Source: Pseudomonadota bacterium
GTDB lineage: Bacteria; Pseudomonadota; Gammaproteobacteria; Ga0077536
Length of the DNA stretch: 64,000 nucleotides
Assembly (NCBI GenBank): GCA_018668255.1
Contig: JABISZ010000010.1
Location: forward strand, 48,724 to 112,723
Direction: 5' to 3'
Under the pieces are notes generated by a model that was given only the letters and a program-made list of their open reading frames with translations, did not search any database and was not told the origin of the DNA. This document shows positions 62,177 through 64,000 of the stretch, in pieces (the first letter of the stretch is position 1; the number at the start of each line of letters is the position of its first letter). The position numbers were made by a program, and so were the translations under genes.

Positions 62177-62647
62177 TCAAATGCCTAAGGCACCGTTTTT
62201 AGCTTCCCACATTGAGCGAACATCACCAATTTTTATAGTTGCAATTACTTGCTCTTTATCATCTAGGATATCAAATAATTCGTCTCTCTCGTCAACTCGT
62301 ACGCTGTAGAAAACTATGGCACCTTCTGGTCCACCGCCTTCGCTATGGGTATCGTCTTTTTTACCACGAAAATATTGACCTGCGTGTCTGATTTCTTTAA
62401 TGGAACCGTCAGTTTCATACATGCGGAGTTCTCCCTGGACAACCAACATGTTCGTTTGCTGAATATGGGTATGAACTGTTATCTTTTTATTTGCCGCAAA
62501 TTTAAAAAGTACGTCTATGACTCGACGCTCCTCATCGAAGTCTGATAATGCAAACTCAGCATTCTCGACATACGGGAACGGTCCCCAGCTTATGCGACTA
62601 TCATCAAATGTGAAATTACCTTGGTCTATTTCAGGTCTTGCAGCCAT
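62177..62647 (-). CDS. Cupin-domain protein
   Basis: 156 aa with a cupin beta-barrel pattern carrying His residues. Confidence 0.55.
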   Translation of the reverse strand: MAARPEIDQGNFTFDDSRISWGPFPYVENAEFALSDFDEERRVIDVLFKFAANKKITVHTHIQQTNMLVVQGELRMYETDGSIKEIRHAGQYFRGKKDDTHSEGGGPEGAIVFYSVRVDERDELFDILDDKEQVIATIKIGDVRSMWEAKNGALGI

Positions 62648-62910
62648 TAGTCCCTCTCCCTTTTTTTAAACCCTCAACTGGAGTAAGACAACAGTTGATT
62701 ACTTAATTTAAGATACTATCTGAATAAAACACCTATTAGAAGTAAAGCAGGCTGTCATAATTTTATATCGATTATTATGTGGGAAAATTTCTTCGACCTA
62801 CTATGTTTAAATAGTATTTTGAATGCTGTGAAAATAGCTCTGCTTCCTTAATGTAATAAACTCTGTAAAATTTACTTCATGATGACCCCATGTTTAGCAA
62901 AAAATAATAA

Positions 62911-63744
62911 ATGACAACTTTAACTCGGTGCCAGCCTCACCTAGGAACCTATGTAGAAATAACAGTTTCTGCAGAAACCAGTGACAAAGTACTTATCGGT
63001 GCAAGCAACGCAGCTTTTTCAGTTATAAAAAAAATTGACAACTTAATGAGCTTTCACAGCGAAGAAAGCGAACTAACTATGATCAACAAAACCGCATCCC
63101 GACAAGCAGTGAAAATATCTTCCGATACAACCTTTGTTATAGAACAAGCATTATCTTTAAGTAAGAAAACAAATGGCATTTTTGACATTACTATTGCCCC
63201 ACAACTAATCACTAACAAGCTATTACCTGATCATGGATTAGATTTCTCTGAGACTGGGACCTGGGAGGACATCATGCTTTCGAATGGACAGATTCAGTTT
63301 AAACAGCCTGTACTGCTAGATCTTGGCGGAATTGCCAAAGGCTATGCTGTTGATTGCGCTATAAATGCCGTCGACGAAACAATTGACATTACGGTTAATG
63401 CCGGCGGAGATCTGCGCATGCGACCTTGGCGCGACAAATATATTTCCATGAGACATCCTAGTTCGCCTCAGTCTCTTTTTATCGAGGCGGTAATGGAGAA
63501 TTGCGCTTCAGCGACCAGTGCAAGCTATTATGACAGCACAGATTCAATTATAATTCCGCGAAACTTTCTACCTAACCAGTTGGGATGTAACAATAAAAGT
63601 GTGACAGTGTTTGCGGAAACCTGCCTGACAGCGGATGCGTTAACTAAAGTCGCATACTTGAACCCAGACATGCTGCGGAGAAACACTTTCTCCGGTGTTC
63701 GTTTTGCCTCTCTAGACAGTGACGGCGCTGTCACTTGGGATTAA
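62911..63744 (+). CDS. apbE: FAD:protein FMN transferase (ApbE family), lacking an N-terminal signal/lipobox
   Basis: 277 aa. The ApbE core motif GGIAKGYAVD is present. In-frame stops lie immediately upstream of the start. Confidence 0.7.
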   Translation: MTTLTRCQPHLGTYVEITVSAETSDKVLIGASNAAFSVIKKIDNLMSFHSEESELTMINKTASRQAVKISSDTTFVIEQALSLSKKTNGIFDITIAPQLITNKLLPDHGLDFSETGTWEDIMLSNGQIQFKQPVLLDLGGIAKGYAVDCAINAVDETIDITVNAGGDLRMRPWRDKYISMRHPSSPQSLFIEAVMENCASATSASYYDSTDSIIIPRNFLPNQLGCNNKSVTVFAETCLTADALTKVAYLNPDMLRRNTFSGVRFASLDSDGAVTWD

Positions 63745-63746
63745 TT

Positions 63747-64000
63747 ATGGCCATGATAAACTTCAGAATCCCAATCAAATATAGAGCGATATTATTCGCA
63801 GCATTGGGATGCTCATGGGTTACTGGCCTGATATTTTTTTATCTAAACCGATGGGTGACTGTAGATAGTGATTTTGGAATGACCAAACATCCTGCCCAAA
63901 CTTTTTTCCTAATGACACATGGGGCGTCTGCGTTTGTCATGCTGATGTGCTTCGGGGTGCTACTAGTTAATCATTTACCCGCAGCATGGCGGTTGAAACG
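63747..64000 (+). CDS. Polytopic membrane protein, 3-prime partial (runs off the window)
   Basis: ATG 3 nt after the apbE stop. At least 2 TM helices with conserved His. Open to the window end. Confidence 0.45.
   Translation, partial: MAMINFRIPIKYRAILFAALGCSWVTGLIFFYLNRWVTVDSDFGMTKHPAQTFFLMTHGASAFVMLMCFGVLLVNHLPAAWRLK

Noticed and set aside
1-64000. Search for CRISPR arrays, tRNA/rRNA genes, IS elements, integrases and phage genes
   Set aside because: No spaced direct-repeat arrays, tRNA cloverleaf candidates in intergenic regions, transposase/integrase-like ORFs or phage structural genes were found. Intergenic spaces are short, and the larger ones were read individually.

Overview
The window is a 64-kb chromosomal segment from what appears to be a marine-type gammaproteobacterium, with nearly continuous coding on both strands. 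The family-level gene calls rest on recognisable motifs in the translated ORFs, and exact start codons are uncertain for several of them. The first ~24 kb is a conserved housekeeping block with E. coli-like micro-synteny: tldD (5-prime partial), yhdP, nudJ-mnmA, acnA, nhaB, hemW-rdgB-rph, and yicC-gmk-rpoZ-spoT-ridA-recG-ubiA. From ~24.4 kb onward the content changes to an accessory, catabolic region. Its most notable parts are: (i) two paralogous hydantoinase/oxoprolinase-type (HyuA/HyuB, acetone-carboxylase-like) loci, each with a Cys4 zinc-ribbon module, fused to the C-terminus of HyuB in one locus and a separate 70-aa ORF in the other; (ii) a divergently transcribed TetR regulator with a near-perfect 42-bp palindromic operator in front of the first HyuAB locus; (iii) a cobalt-type nitrile hydratase cluster (amidase, alpha, beta, accessory protein) next to a cytochrome b561 / cytochrome c' pair; (iv) a DUF62 SAM hydroxide adenosyltransferase (fluorinase/chlorinase superfamily) divergent from a zinc-ribbon methyltransferase; (v) an SDR/LLM/PPOX-like flavin oxidoreductase trio; (vi) a DMGDH/SARDH-family dehydrogenase, an ACAD-like flavoprotein and a GFA gene beside the second HyuAB locus. 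I found no rRNA, tRNA, CRISPR array, transposase or integrase. One clear intrinsic terminator and one unannotated 31-codon membrane-peptide ORF are also reported.
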